The notes under the pieces are model-generated. The model had not been told where the DNA came from. It worked only from the letters and a program-made list of their open reading frames with translations, and did not search any database. Positions 20,634 through 29,880 of a stretch of 64,000 nucleotides of DNA are shown here, piece by piece (the stretch's first letter is position 1; each line of letters opens with the position of its first letter). Origin of the DNA: Truepera sp. (lineage in GTDB: Bacteria; Deinococcota; Deinococci; Deinococcales; Trueperaceae); contig CBDCKW010000009.1 of NCBI GenBank assembly GCA_965218435.1, forward strand, positions 1,408,001 through 1,472,000, read 5' to 3'. Both the position numbers and the translations under genes were made by a program.

Positions 20634-21965
20634 TTATTGCTGTTTGGCCAGGTCGTTAAACCGCACGTGCGCGTTGTGAAACTGCAGCTCAACGGTTCCC
20701 ACCGGGCCGTTACGCTGTTTGCCCAAGATGATCTCGGCGATGCCCTGCTTTTCCGAATGCGGGTCGTAGTATTCGTCGCGGTAGATAAACATCACCAAAT
20801 CTGCGTCTTGTTCAATCGCGCCTGATTCACGTAAGTCTGAAAGCATCGGGCGTTTGTTGGGCCGCGACTCAACGGCCCGGGAGAGCTGCGATAAAACTAA
20901 AACCGGAATATCGAGTTCACGAGCTAGAGCTTTAAGACCCCGTGAGATGTTTGAAATCTCTTGCTGCCGGTTTTCTCCGCCCCCGCTCCGACTCGAGCCC
21001 TGCATCAGCTGCAGATAGTCAATCACGATCAGTCCCAGATTGTGTTCAGCCATCAGTCTGCGTGAACGGCTCCGCAGCTCCATCACCGTCATGTCGGCCG
21101 CGTCGTCAATAAAGATTTTGGCTTCGGACATCCGTCCGGCAGTGTCGGCCAAACGCTGAAAATCGCGGTCTGAGAGCTGTCCGTTCCGGACCCGGCTCAT
21201 GTCTACGCGGGCTTCGCTGCAGAGCATCCGCATGACGAGCTGGACGGCGGACATCTCGAGCGAAAAAATGCCTACGGTTGTGCCCTCACGGAGTGCTACA
21301 GCCTGACCAATGGTCAGGGCTAGGGCCGTTTTGCCCATACTTGGCCTTGCTGCCAATACATTCAGGCTCGAGGGTTGCAGCCCCGCCGTCATATTGTCGA
21401 GTTCCTTAAACCCCGTTCTGAGGCCGGTAATCGGATCGGGGTTGGTAAACAGTTCGTTAATCTGCGCAAACGAGTCGGCAACCAAAGACGGCATCCCCTC
21501 GAAGGCGTGAGTGCGCTTGTTTGACGACAGTTCAAAGATGCCCGACTCGGCCTTATCTAAAATCTGCTCTAAGGGTAGCGCCTGGTCATACGCCGTCTGC
21601 ATAATCGAGCCAGACGCCGAGATCAAATCGCGTAACACCGCTTTTTCGGCAACAATCCGGGCGTAACTCTCGGCGTAGGCGGCGGTCGGTACGCTGTCGG
21701 CCAAACCGATCAAATACGGAACGCTGCCGACAGTCTCCAACTCACCTGTTTGCCGCAACTCTTCAGTCAAGGTCACCAAGTCCATCGGTTCGTTGCGCCG
21801 GAAGAGCCGTTCGCACGCCCGCCAGATTTTACGGTGCGATTCTTTGTAAAAATGCTCGGCTTGGAGCGTGCCTTCAATCTGCGCGTAGACTTCGTTATCT
21901 AACAAAATGCTGCCCAGCACGCTCTGTTCGGCCTCGAGGTTTTGCGGTGGGGTGCGACTTTCCAT
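20634..21965 (-). CDS. dnaB: Replicative DNA helicase (no intein)
   Basis: AARPSMGKT, IDYLQL, SDLRESGAIEQDAD, KQRNGP. Confidence 0.97.
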   Translation of the reverse strand: MESRTPPQNLEAEQSVLGSILLDNEVYAQIEGTLQAEHFYKESHRKIWRACERLFRRNEPMDLVTLTEELRQTGELETVGSVPYLIGLADSVPTAAYAESYARIVAEKAVLRDLISASGSIMQTAYDQALPLEQILDKAESGIFELSSNKRTHAFEGMPSLVADSFAQINELFTNPDPITGLRTGFKELDNMTAGLQPSSLNVLAARPSMGKTALALTIGQAVALREGTTVGIFSLEMSAVQLVMRMLCSEARVDMSRVRNGQLSDRDFQRLADTAGRMSEAKIFIDDAADMTVMELRSRSRRLMAEHNLGLIVIDYLQLMQGSSRSGGGENRQQEISNISRGLKALARELDIPVLVLSQLSRAVESRPNKRPMLSDLRESGAIEQDADLVMFIYRDEYYDPHSEKQGIAEIILGKQRNGPVGTVELQFHNAHVRFNDLAKQQ

Positions 21966-22061
21966 TACAGATGACCGAGGGTAGATAGATAAGAGCCGGG
22001 TGGGGGAGCGAGTAGGGTCACGACTAAGAATTGTACCGGATTGACAAATGCCCGGAAAAGG

Positions 22062-23237
22062 TTATAGCAGCTTGAGGAGTAGACGCAAAAAGTAAGGCAC
22101 ATATTGAGGTCGCCAACCCAGGACCGTACCCTGCCAGTCGCGAAAACGCCCGTGGTAGACGAGGGCGCGGTGAATCAGGGCGAGTACCATGACATCGTTT
22201 AGAAGGTCGGCGTCGTCGGGTAAGTCCGACGCTCGCAAGTAGGTCTGCCACAGCTTAGGTGCGGCGTCCGGGTACCTTTGACGTAGCGGCAACGTATGCC
22301 GCGCCGGAAGTGACAGCCACGCTAAAAACCAGCCGAGGTCGAGCAGCGGATGAGCTACGCACGCTTCACTCAGGTCAAACCACACGAGGTCGCAGCCGAC
22401 AAGCGCGTTCATCGGATGCGCGTCGCCGTGTGCCGGTAACAGGGGCAAGTTCAGCGCCGACACCCGGTTATGTGCGTTTCTGATACGAGGCAGCTGTGCT
22501 TGTAGATGAGACGTTTGCGCTTCGGTTAAGCCCCAGCGACGCAAGGTGTCGGTAGCGTGTAAAAAGCCTTCGGCCTGATTTGCCAGCGCCGCAAAATCGT
22601 AAACCGGACACCCTAACTTTTGCAGTGCGGCCGCGTCTGCCCGGCGCTGCAAGTGAGCGAGCTTAGTCACGGCTGTGTTCCAAAGGGCTAGTTCCCGTGT
22701 TTCGCTCAGCCGGAGGCCGCAGTCTCGTGTGACTAACACGCTGCGCTTTTCGTCCCAAGTGATGACGTTCGGTAGTAAGTCGGGGTGCTGCGCCGCCAGC
22801 TGAGCGGTTAGGGCGGCCTCGAGCCCCGTCTCCGAAGCTTTGAGATAAACGGTTTGCTGCTCAGTTTTCACCCGTAAAACACAAACGAGATCATTGGTGC
22901 TGACCTGCTCCGTTGTCTCCAGCGGTTCACCAAGCGCCTCACTTAACCAGTCCAGCGTGTCCCTATACCAACCCGGTTGCTGCCACGCTCTCGCGTGCTC
23001 GAGCCCCGGATAATCTGGGGCCGCGCCGGAATCCTCGAGCCTCACCACAAAACTCTCTCGGTCTAAACCCAAACGGTCTAAGCCTAACTCGAGACCGCCG
23101 CCGTGAAGCACAAAGGCGTCCCGGCCCGTTCTCTCGAAAAAAGCTCTCCGCAACCCCTCCGGTGTGGTCTGCTCGGGAGTCACCTCGGTAGGGGGCAGCG
23201 TTATTCCGGCGGAAGAAACAAAAGTGACGCGGGGCAC
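22062..23237 (-). CDS. Aminoglycoside-phosphotransferase-like (APH) kinase
   Basis: VYLKAS, HGDAHPMN Brenner motif, WFDLSEA..HPLLD. Confidence 0.8.
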   Translation of the reverse strand: MPRVTFVSSAGITLPPTEVTPEQTTPEGLRRAFFERTGRDAFVLHGGGLELGLDRLGLDRESFVVRLEDSGAAPDYPGLEHARAWQQPGWYRDTLDWLSEALGEPLETTEQVSTNDLVCVLRVKTEQQTVYLKASETGLEAALTAQLAAQHPDLLPNVITWDEKRSVLVTRDCGLRLSETRELALWNTAVTKLAHLQRRADAAALQKLGCPVYDFAALANQAEGFLHATDTLRRWGLTEAQTSHLQAQLPRIRNAHNRVSALNLPLLPAHGDAHPMNALVGCDLVWFDLSEACVAHPLLDLGWFLAWLSLPARHTLPLRQRYPDAAPKLWQTYLRASDLPDDADLLNDVMVLALIHRALVYHGRFRDWQGTVLGWRPQYVPYFLRLLLKLL

Positions 23238-23291
23238 GCGCCCAGCTTACCGCCCAGCTCGCTCTTCTCGGCCGCTATACTGGTCTTGACT

Positions 23292-24062
23292 ATGGCGGTA
23301 GAAACGCGTCAGACGCTGATTGATGGGGTTGAGGGGGCTTTAGCAGAGCAACCGTTCGTTTACGCCGCGTGGCTCGAGGGGGCCGACGCTGCCGGAACTG
23401 CCGATAAGTATTCGGACATTGACCTCTGGGCTGACGTTGAAGCGGGAGCTGAAGCGCAGGTCTTTGCGAGTATTAGAGCGGCGCTTCTGGGGCTTGGCCC
23501 GTTGGATTTAGAGCAAGACGCCGCGCATCCTCACCCACAGCTCGAGCAACGGTTTTACCGGCTCGCAGACGTGTCACCATTTTAGTTTATTGACGTGTGT
23601 TTGCAGCAGCACGGGCGTGAGACCGTATTTACCCCGGCTGACCCGTTTCTCGTACTTTTTGACCGGAGCGGAGTCATCCGAACGGCTGAAATGCAGCTAG
23701 ACCGTACCGAAATCGAGCGCGCCGTGCAGTTATTAACAGCTGCCTGGTGGCGGCGGGTGCTCGTACTTAAAGAAATTAGAAGAGGCCATCTGCTCGAGGC
23801 GCTCGGCTACTATCACACAGAAGTTTTAGACCCGCTGACCGAGCTTTTACGGCTGCGTTACTGCCCTGCCAAACGGGGCTACGGCCTCAAGCATCTTTAC
23901 GCCGACTTGCCGGGTGAGGTTATAGGGAGGCTCGAGGCGCTTTACCGCGTCTCTACGTTGAGCGAGTTGCCCGCTGCTACCCAACAGGCTGATGAATTTT
24001 TTAGAAGGGAGCTCGAGGCTTTTTGTCTGACCAATCTGCCTCATCCGGGGCGAGTACAATAG
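23292..24062 (+). pseudogene. Nucleotidyltransferase (LinB/ANT-like) interrupted by an in-frame TAG at 23583-23585
   Basis: AWLEGADA...DKYSDIDL. The reading frame continues unchanged after the TAG to a helical C-terminal domain. Confidence 0.7.
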
Positions 24063-24066
24063 GCCC

Positions 24067-25773
24067 GTGTCAGTTTTTACTGCCCTACTCGCCCTCGTCG
24101 TCTCTTACGTCGTCGGGTCGTTGCCGTTAGGTGGACGCTGGGTGGCGCTCCTGAGCGGCCAAAATCCGGCGACGACGAGCGCCCATAACTTAGGTGTTGA
24201 AAACCTCTTGCGCTTCGTCGGTGTTCCGGCGGCGCTCGGCTCATTTTTACTCGATGTGGTTAAGGGGAGCTTAGCCCTTGCGTTTTTTGCCGGTAACCCT
24301 TGGGCGGCGCTCGGCGTTTACGCAGGGCATCTGTATCCGCTCTCACTGTATCTCCCGTGGTGGCGCGGTGAGCTTCCGCGTGGGCGCGGGAACGGGGTGC
24401 TGCTGGGCATTCTCGCAGGACTGTGGGCTTACGGCGGTGTTCCTTTTGTCTTGACGCTGGTGCCGCTGCTTTTTTACGTCGCGCTGCTGAGCTGGTACCG
24501 TTACGTCTCGCTAGCGACGACGGCGGGGCTGCTGAGTTTGCCCCTGCTCGCTTTGGGCGCACCCGGGTATCTGCCTGCGTTACTCGGCGTGACCTTGCTG
24601 GGGCTCTGGCGTCACAAGGTCAGTCTGGCCCGTATTTTGGACGGGACCGAGGCGCAACTCGGTGACCCGCTGCCGGTACGGGGCGTAGACCCGAACGTGG
24701 TTTACGCCGCGTTTATGATCCATCCGCTGACGCTGGACGACCTCTGGGGGTCGCCGAGTACACACTGGTTGGGGCCGTTGGTTCGGCGTGGCTGGCTACC
24801 TGAACCGCTCGTCCGGCTTTCGGTTCGCTGGCTCCGCCCGCAGTGGCGCGGCGATATTCGTGGGGTGACCCTTGCTGACGGGCGCGAACTGCGGGTGATG
24901 CTCATCGGTGGCCCGATGCTGCCCGACCAGATTCGGCGTTACCCGGACGAAGCCCTGCGGATGGCGACGCAGGGTGCGCGGCTCGCCTTTGAACTGGGCG
25001 CTGAAGCGTTCGGGTTGGGCGCGTTTTGGTCTACGGTCGGCCACAAAGGTCTGGACGTTCAGGTGGCGGTGCCTGAACTGCCCGTAACCAACGGTGGCGC
25101 GTACACCGCCGGGACGGTGCGGGCTGCACTGCCGGGGTTGCTGAGGCGGTTTGAGGCTTCGGGGGCGGCGCTTGCCGGGGCAACCGCTGCCGTTGTCGGG
25201 GCCAATGGGGTCGTCGCCTTCGGCATCGCCCGCACCGTGGCCCCCGAAGTGGCGCGGCTGATTCTAATTGGCCGAGACGCCGAGCGGTTAGCTAAAAGCG
25301 CCCGTACGCTCCTGCGTAAATATCCACAGACCGACATTCTCGTCTCGACCGATATAGGGCGGGCTTCGGGAGCTGACCTGGTTTTTACCGCCACATCCGA
25401 CCCGGAACCGGTAATTTTCGCGCAGCACGTCAAACCGGGCGCGTGGGTCTTCGACCTGGGTCGCCCCGCCGACGTAGACGAGAGCGTCCGTCAGGTACCG
25501 GGTGTGGAGCTGATTCCCGGCGGCGTCGTGCGGCCACCGGGCGCGGCGCGAAGTTCACTCGATCTGCACTTCGGCGACGGCCTGGTCCCAGCGTGCCTCG
25601 CTGAAACGATGATTATGACGGCGAGTCGCGCCTTTGAACGCCAATCTCTTGGAGAGCACACGAAAGAGGCAAATATCGCGTTTTATGTTGCCGAAGGGGA
25701 GCGGCTCGGCTTTGAAGTGGTGACCGGCGACCCGCAGCGGCCCGTAGCAGCGCCTATATTAGAGGTTACGTGA
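24067..25773 (+). CDS. plsY: PlsY acyltransferase fused to an acyl-ACP-reductase/shikimate-DH-like NAD(P)-binding domain
   Basis: SYVVGSLP, NLGVEN, DVVKG, GHLYP, GRGNG; C-terminal FMIHP, GLGAF, VTNG, VVGANG, DLGRPAD, ACLAETM. Confidence 0.75.
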   Translation: MSVFTALLALVVSYVVGSLPLGGRWVALLSGQNPATTSAHNLGVENLLRFVGVPAALGSFLLDVVKGSLALAFFAGNPWAALGVYAGHLYPLSLYLPWWRGELPRGRGNGVLLGILAGLWAYGGVPFVLTLVPLLFYVALLSWYRYVSLATTAGLLSLPLLALGAPGYLPALLGVTLLGLWRHKVSLARILDGTEAQLGDPLPVRGVDPNVVYAAFMIHPLTLDDLWGSPSTHWLGPLVRRGWLPEPLVRLSVRWLRPQWRGDIRGVTLADGRELRVMLIGGPMLPDQIRRYPDEALRMATQGARLAFELGAEAFGLGAFWSTVGHKGLDVQVAVPELPVTNGGAYTAGTVRAALPGLLRRFEASGAALAGATAAVVGANGVVAFGIARTVAPEVARLILIGRDAERLAKSARTLLRKYPQTDILVSTDIGRASGADLVFTATSDPEPVIFAQHVKPGAWVFDLGRPADVDESVRQVPGVELIPGGVVRPPGAARSSLDLHFGDGLVPACLAETMIMTASRAFERQSLGEHTKEANIAFYVAEGERLGFEVVTGDPQRPVAAPILEVT

Positions 25774-25818
25774 CAGGTTTTAGATGATAGGTTCTAAATG
25801 ACAGGCTTTAGATGACAG
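25771..25818 (+). repeat. Degenerate 14-bp tandem repeat (about 3.5 copies) at the plsY-prmA junction
   Basis: TGACAGGTTTTAGA / TGATAGGTTCTAAA / TGACAGGCTTTAGA / TGACAG. Confidence 0.8.
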
Positions 25819-26618
25819 CCTCCAGTCAAAGCGTAGCCTTTCGGATGACCGGAAGTCCCGAAAACCCGGACGTCGCGCGGTTGTGGGACTACGGTTGTAC
25901 CGGCATTTTAGAAGTGGACGGTGAACTCGTCGCGTATTTTGACGCGCTCATTGACCTTCCTTTTGACGGTCAGTGGGAAACGGTCGGCGATACGGATTGG
26001 GTGGCGGATTACCACCGGACGCTGCAGCCGGTCACTATCGGGCGGCTCGTGGTTGCGCCGACCCATCATACGGTGACGCTTGCCGCGCCGCAACGCCCGC
26101 TCTGGCTCGATCCGGGGATGGCGTTTGGCAGCGGGCATCACGAAACGACCTATCTGGCACTCGCGGCGCTCGAGCAAACCCCCCTGCGCGGTCTCCGAGT
26201 TCTCGACGTGGGCTCGGGGTCGGGTGTGCTAGCCATCGCTGCCGACCTGCTGGGCGCAGCCGACGCCGAAGGTTTAGACATTGACCCCGATACGGTGCCG
26301 GTAGCCGCAGCGAACGCCGTGCTCAACTTGTCCAGAGCGCATTTTTCCGTCGGGACACTGAGAAACGAGGTAGAGCCCGCCGACCTTATCGTCGCTAACC
26401 TCTTTGCCGAACTGCACGCGGAACTGGCCCCGGCCTACTTCGCCGCCCTTAAACCGGGAGGCTCGCTCTTTGCAACCGGGATTTTAGCTGAACGTGAACA
26501 GATTGCCAGAGACGCGCTGAACGCGCTTTTTAGTGACCTCGAGACCCAAACTAAAGGCGAATGGGTGCTCTTCAAGGCGCAAAAACCTGTGCGAGCACAA
26601 GAACAGGGACGCGTGTGA
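25812..26618 (+). CDS. prmA: Ribosomal protein L11 methyltransferase
   Basis: DPGMAFGSGHHETT, VLDVGSGSG. Confidence 0.93.
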   Translation: MTASSQSVAFRMTGSPENPDVARLWDYGCTGILEVDGELVAYFDALIDLPFDGQWETVGDTDWVADYHRTLQPVTIGRLVVAPTHHTVTLAAPQRPLWLDPGMAFGSGHHETTYLALAALEQTPLRGLRVLDVGSGSGVLAIAADLLGAADAEGLDIDPDTVPVAAANAVLNLSRAHFSVGTLRNEVEPADLIVANLFAELHAELAPAYFAALKPGGSLFATGILAEREQIARDALNALFSDLETQTKGEWVLFKAQKPVRAQEQGRV

Positions 26619-27316
26619 GGACGCACCGGGTTTTCGTTCCTACGCTAAAGCTGGGTGAAACGGCGTTGACGGGGGGTGAAGCGCAACATCTCGCGCAAGT
26701 TTTGCGGGTTCAACCTGGGGCCAAAGTCCGGGCGTTTGACGGTGCGGGGCTCGAGGCGGACGGGCTCGTTTCTGAAGTTGACGCCTTCCGTGTAACGGTG
26801 CAACTAGGAGACCCGGAGCCGAGTACGGTCGAGGCGGCGTTAGACATCACGCTGGCGGTGGCGCTCCTCAAAGGTGACAAACTGAGCGAGGTTGTCCGGC
26901 GCGGGACTGAACTCGGCGTAGACCGGTTTGTCCTCTTCGTCAGCGAACGTTGCGACGCGCGGGCGCTCTCGCCGAACAAGTTGGAGCGGCTCCGGCGGGT
27001 TGCCCAAGAAGCGTCGAAACAGTCAGGGCGGAGTGTCGTACCCGAGGTGACGGTCGTAGGAGGGCTGGGGGCGCTGCCCTTAGATGGGCTTTGCGTCGTC
27101 GCGGACCCCAAAGCTAAACAAACGCTGCGTCACCTCGACGACATCACCGAGCCCGTGACCGTTATTACCGGACCCGAAGGCGGCTTAAGCGACGCTGAAA
27201 TCACTGACTTAACCGGACGCGGCGCTCACAGCGTGCGGCTCGGCGCACGTATTTTACGCGCGGAGACGGCCCCGATTGCCGTCGCTGCCGCGCTGCTCAT
27301 CCCGGAGGCGTTATGA
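26615..27316 (+). CDS. rsmE: 16S rRNA m3U1498 methyltransferase
   Basis: HLAQVLR, TELGV, EASKQSGR, GPEGG, ILRAETA. Confidence 0.94.
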   Translation: MRTHRVFVPTLKLGETALTGGEAQHLAQVLRVQPGAKVRAFDGAGLEADGLVSEVDAFRVTVQLGDPEPSTVEAALDITLAVALLKGDKLSEVVRRGTELGVDRFVLFVSERCDARALSPNKLERLRRVAQEASKQSGRSVVPEVTVVGGLGALPLDGLCVVADPKAKQTLRHLDDITEPVTVITGPEGGLSDAEITDLTGRGAHSVRLGARILRAETAPIAVAAALLIPEAL

Positions 27317-27705
27317 CCCGCATTTTCCTTGTCTGCGCGTTGCTGCTACTCGGTGGCTGCACCTTCACCTATATTCCGCCCTTACGTGAGGCTAGGGCTC
27401 CCGAACCCCGGTTGAGTATTTTGGATCAGAGTGCGCTTAAGCAAAGCGAAACCTCACTCGAGCTCAACTTGAGGCTGGCCACGGTTCCTGAAGCTGACTG
27501 GCTGACTGTCCAGTGGTTTGACCCCGCGAACGACGAGGTGGCCGCCGAGTCGGTGTGGATAGGGCCTGCCCCTAAACCGCAAGCGGTCGCGGTGTCTTTA
27601 CCGGCGCGGACGGCGCTTAAAGACGGCCTTTGGCGCGCGGTGGTGTCGTATCAAGGGGAGTTGGCACGGCAGTTTTCGGTGACGGTTAGAGTGCCGCGTA
27701 ACTAG
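27313..27705 (+). CDS. Hypothetical lipoprotein
   Basis: Lipobox LGGC; ATGA overlap with rsmE. Confidence 0.75.
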   Translation: MTRIFLVCALLLLGGCTFTYIPPLREARAPEPRLSILDQSALKQSETSLELNLRLATVPEADWLTVQWFDPANDEVAAESVWIGPAPKPQAVAVSLPARTALKDGLWRAVVSYQGELARQFSVTVRVPRN

Positions 27706-27847
27706 AATTTTGTTGGCGATCAGAAGCTAAAGCGGGTCATCAGGCGGCGGGGGCCGTTTACAGAACCGAAGATTAGCGTCTACCAAAACAGCCTACGGCA
27801 ACAGTGTCAGTTCAGAGTAAGCCGTTTTGTAGCGGTTCCCGTCCGAC

Positions 27848-28102
27848 GTGAGTAACTGCTCAGCCTGTAAGAGCGCGTGCGATCAAAAGGGCGGCTGAAG
27901 GGGCGTTTGCCAAGCTGAACTTATCGCCCAGTGAAGCGGTGAAGGTGTTTTATCGTCAGGTGGAGCTGCGCTGGGGCTCTCCTTTGAGCTGCGCGTCCCC
28001 AACGAAGAGACTGTGTGGGCGATTCGTGACCTCGACGAACGCCGGGGCGTAACGAGCTATGAGGGTCTCGAGGCGTTCGCAACATTGCTAGCTGAGCTGT
28101 AG
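27848..28102 (+). pseudogene. Frameshifted DinJ/RelB-type antitoxin relic
   Basis: VRAR..KRAAEGAFAKLNLSPSEAVKVFYRQV, then in another frame PFELRVPNEET...; lies immediately before the YafQ relic. Confidence 0.7.
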
Positions 28103-28207
28103 TTGCGGAAAATCGTCCAAACTACGACGTTTCGGCGCGACAAAAAGCGGGGCAAGGACTTGGGTAAGCTCACAGAAATCGTCGCCAAGCTGGTGCAGGA
28201 GAGACCC
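28103..28207 (+). pseudogene. Truncated YafQ-type toxin relic
   Basis: RKIVQTTTFRRDKKRGKDLGKLTEIVAKL resembles the YafQ N-terminus; no C-terminal catalytic part. Confidence 0.6.
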
Positions 28208-28266
28208 CCGAGCACGCCAACGCTGTTCTGCTACGATAGCCTCAGAGCCATAAAGGAGTTGACAAC

Positions 28267-28422
28267 ATGCCGGACCAAAAAGACAAAGCTCAAGACAAAA
28301 AGGCGATGGAGCAAAAAGAAGCGCAGGGCGAAGACCTGTCTGAAAATACGGTACATGAACCGCAACCCGGCAAGAAGCCCAAACTCGAGCGGGACGAGGA
28401 CGGCAACGTCAAAGAGGACTGA
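28267..28422 (+). CDS. 51-aa highly charged small protein (MPDQKDKAQD...GNVKED), absent from the ORF track
   Basis: AAAGGAG RBS, TACGAT -10 box at 28232, and a 14-bp hairpin at 28431-28470 downstream. Confidence 0.7.
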   Translation: MPDQKDKAQDKKAMEQKEAQGEDLSENTVHEPQPGKKPKLERDEDGNVKED

Positions 28423-28554
28423 GCAAATAAGTAGGTAAGCAAATACTCAGATACTCATTTGCTTATCTACTCAGATGATGTTTCGGCACACAGACGGTTT
28501 TAGGCGCACGTCTTACTAGCTGAGCCTCTGCCGAGCCTTTAATCCTTTACCTTA

Positions 28555-28758
28555 TTAAGCCGCGCGGTTAGCAGCGTCAACTTGTAAATCGCCTAACCTC
28601 TCTAGCAAGTCTTCCCGCTGAGCACTTGTCAACCTCGAGCTCTTACCCTCTTCTTCGATACGCTTGGCAATCGCTCTAAGATCATCGAAGCTGCGGTGAG
28701 CACGGTGGCTGATGAACTCGAGCCATTCGCTGTAGGTCGGACCTGAATCAAACGTCAT
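28555..28758 (-). CDS. 67-aa hypothetical helical protein
   Basis: AGGGGG RBS; TTGCCA-N17-TATAGT promoter upstream. Confidence 0.6.
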   Translation of the reverse strand: MTFDSGPTYSEWLEFISHRAHRSFDDLRAIAKRIEEEGKSSRLTSAQREDLLERLGDLQVDAANRAA

Positions 28759-28790
28759 AAAGACCCCCTGGTGATTTTTAAGCCTTTTTG

Positions 28791-28904
28791 ACTATACGCC
28801 ATATTTGCATCGTTGGCAATATTCTTGCCAACATTACGTTTTTGAGAACCGACTTTCCAATTTTTGCTTACCCTAAGTGAAGTGTTGGCAATATTTCTGC
28901 CAAC
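28791..28904 (-). promoter_or_regulatory. Sigma70-type promoter with two GTTGGCA-N7-TGCCAAC palindromes
   Basis: Palindromes at 28812-28832 and 28884-28904; the first overlaps the -35 box (28814-28819). Confidence 0.65.
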
Positions 28905-28942
28905 ATAGATTTAGGCGGATTAAGGGCGCATCATGCAGAAAC

Positions 28943-29383
28943 CTACCGGACCAGCTTAGTTGAGGCTCGAGCCTTGCTAGAACCGGTAGCCGCGCCGACC
29001 TGCTCAGCAATCAGTAAGGCTAGGTCTGCATAGATACGCTCGAAATTACGGCTTATGCGGTGGAACCGGCTCAGCTCAGGCAATACGGGAAAGAGCGGTT
29101 GACAGTCTGACTTGACGAGTAAGTACCACAACCCTTGGTTATTCTGTTGCAATACTCCACCTACCAAAACAATCGTCAAAAGTTCAGCGTAGCTTACCCG
29201 CTGATTACACTTTCGCGGGAGCTTGAAGCGTCCGAGCTGTTGCGCCGCTCGTAAGTAATCGTCTACCAGCACATATACAGCTGTGAAGATGTCTGTTACT
29301 GTTTGTTTCGAGAGAAGTTCTTTGGTTCGCATAAACCTGAGCTTCTCTCGTTCTCTTACAACCTGTCAACTAGCACCCGAGGT
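28943..29383 (-). mobile_element. IS982-family fragment (left end plus transposase N-terminus)
   Basis: VYVLVDDYL..SYAELLTI..LFPVLPELSRFHR; end sequence ACCTCGGGTGCTAG. Confidence 0.75.
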
Positions 29384-29390
29384 AATAAAT

Positions 29391-29693
29391 TAAATCATCT
29401 GCGAAATAGCGCCGAAGGAGTCAAAGGACTAAACTAGCAGGATGAAAGCGAGCCGCTTAAAGAGAAAGCCCAAGCATCTGTATAACTTCACAGGTTTAAG
29501 CGTCGAGCAGTTCAAGTTGCTTAGTAAAGCGGTCGAAGTACGCCTTGCCGAACCAAAAGGCACCCAGGGCAAATTACGTCAACGTGCAGTAGGCGGGGGA
29601 CGCAAGGCAGAACTAGGGGTAGAGGATCAGGTTTTAGGGGTGCTGCTGTATTACCGTTTGTACCTGACCCAGCTGCTACTAGGCTACTTATTT
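29391..29693 (+). mobile_element. IS5-family (ISL2-like) left-end fragment, same TIR as the element ending at 134
   Basis: TIR TAAATCATCTGCGAAATA; FTGLSVEQF..GGGRK..LLYYRLYLTQ HTH, truncated. Confidence 0.8.
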
Positions 29694-29880
29694 AGAGGGT
29701 ATTTGAGAAACAACCCCTACTCGTGCTTGAGTAGGGGTTGATGATGAATCGAAAGCAGTATACAACGGACTTAAAGGATGAAGAATGGGCGTGGGCGGTG
29801 CTTACGCCCTATCTACAACGGTTAATGCCTGCAAAAGAGAGAGGGCGACCTTTAGACCATGAGCTACGCTTGTTGATAAG
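29694..29880 (+). mobile_element. IS5-family (IS1031-like) left-end fragment nested in the previous IS
   Basis: Starts near GAGGGTATTTGAGAA; ATG 29744 gives MNRKQYTTDLKDEEW...GRP..H.LR; perfect 12-bp hairpin at 29711-29740. Boundaries approximate. Confidence 0.7.

Noticed and set aside
20634..21965. Intein in DnaB
   Set aside because: The protein has normal length (443 aa) and contiguous motifs.
28103..28438. 111-aa ORF as a real gene
   Set aside because: It is a read-through of the YafQ relic into the wrong frame of the 51-aa gene, which has its own RBS.
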